DNA from: a virus
Taxonomy: Duplodnaviria; Heunggongvirae; Uroviricota; Caudoviricetes
Length of the DNA stretch: 6,457 nucleotides
IMG/VR virus record: IMGVR_UViG_3300029310_000158
Direction: 5' to 3' (one strand)
The stretch's first letter is position 1. Each line of letters starts with the position of its first letter. The position numbers and the translations under genes are program-made. Shown here piece after piece: positions 5,963 to 6,457 of the stretch. The notes under the pieces are model-generated. The model made no database searches, had not been told where the DNA came from, and saw nothing but the letters and a program-made list of their open reading frames with translations.

Positions 5963-6334
5963 TTATCTTTTATTTGTCCGCTGACGGGCTTTTAGTAATT
6001 CTTCAAAGAGTTTATTGAAGTTTTTTACTCGAGCTCGCATTTCGGCGAGCTGGGTATCCTGTTCTGATTCTGGCAGTGCATTAAACAGCTCAAGGAGCTC
6101 TAGTTCTTTGGGGGATAAGGCAACTGGCTTCTCAACAGGTGGTGTTGGTTGCTTGTCTTCATCGCCANNNNNNNNNNAAAGGTTCTTCCCTGTAGGTTCA
6201 CTATCACCCCGTTCCCATTGTGATACAGACACATGGGAGATTTTCAGGGCTTTAGCAAGAGACCTTTGGGTGTGTTTGAGGTTTTTCCGACGATACCTGA
6301 TGCGTTCGCCGATAGTTAAATTTTTTGTTTCCAT
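5963..6334 (-). CDS. dicA: Prophage repressor DicA (HTH XRE family, P22 C2-like), reading frame interrupted by an N run
   Basis: ORF METKNLTIGERIRYRRKNLKHTQRSLAKALKISHVSVSQWERGD... has an HTH motif and the C-terminus ...KNFNKLFEELLKARQRTNKR. It matches my recall of DicA (135 aa); here it is 123 codons, 4 of them X from the 10 N at 6168-6177. No obvious SD precedes the ATG at 6332-6334. Confidence 0.88.
   Translation of the reverse strand: METKNLTIGERIRYRRKNLKHTQRSLAKALKISHVSVSQWERGDSEPTGKNLXXXXGDEDKQPTPPVEKPVALSPKELELLELFNALPESEQDTQLAEMRARVKNFNKLFEELLKARQRTNKR
6168..6177. other. Run of 10 ambiguous bases (N) - assembly gap or masked segment inside dicA
   Basis: Ten literal n characters in the sequence. 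The flanking frame is preserved, but the ORF is about 12 codons shorter than the DicA length I recall, so real sequence (roughly 46 nt) is probably missing. Confidence 0.95.
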
Positions 6335-6417
6335 AGTTAGCTAATGCTAAATCGTATTGACTATGTTTTTGTTAACATCTATCTTGTTAGTTATGACTAA
6401 CAATAAAGGTGTTTTAA
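6335..6417. promoter_or_regulatory. Divergent dicA/dicC promoter-operator region
   Basis: Plus-strand candidate dicC promoter: TTGACT (6357-6362), 17-nt spacer, TATCTT (6380-6385). It is immediately followed by the palindrome GTTAGTtatgACTAAC (6386-6401). A second palindrome, TTAGCtaatGCTAA (6337-6350), sits 3 bp upstream of the dicA start codon. Confidence 0.6.
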
Positions 6418-6457
6418 ATGCTTAAAACTGACGCTCTTTTGTATTTCGGTTCAAAAA
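6418..6457 (+). CDS. dicC: Cro-like regulator DicC, 5' end only (truncated by the window edge)
   Basis: ATG at 6418 preceded by AAAGGTG with a 6-nt spacer. The 13 codons MLKTDALLYFGSK match my recall of the DicC N-terminus, and the gene is divergent from dicA as in Qin. Confidence 0.65.
   Translation, partial: MLKTDALLYFGSK

Noticed and set aside
6015-6344. Plus-strand ORF 6015..6344 (109 aa, spanning the N run)
   Set aside because: It is antisense to dicA and Ser-rich low complexity. Shadow ORF.
1-6457. CRISPR array, tRNA/rRNA genes, IS element or transposase
   Set aside because: No regularly spaced direct repeats, no tRNA-like cloverleaf candidates and no transposase-like ORF or terminal inverted repeats were found on either strand.

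Overview
This window reads as the integration/early-left arm of a Qin-type lambdoid prophage of Escherichia coli (or a very close enteric relative). Almost everything is transcribed on the minus strand, in this order from right to left: dicA repressor (5963..6334, interrupted by a 10-nt N run), the dicB operon (ydfA, ydfB, ydfC, the DicF sRNA, dicB, ydfD), an 823-835 aa multidomain protein with a C-terminal DEDDh 3'-5' exonuclease domain, an excisionase-like gene, and a tyrosine integrase ending at 115. The first 13 codons of the divergent cro-like dicC lie on the plus strand at the right edge (6418..6457). Gene identities rest on my recall of the E. coli K-12 Qin proteins and the DicF RNA sequence, plus synteny; I could not run any searches. 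I see no CRISPR array, rRNA, tRNA or IS element. Most of the window is a known, well-studied module, so I do not claim a new system. The least understood parts are the full-length exonuclease-like protein (no partner annealase), the tiny ydfA/ydfB/ydfC proteins, and a GC-rich structured spacer upstream of dicF.
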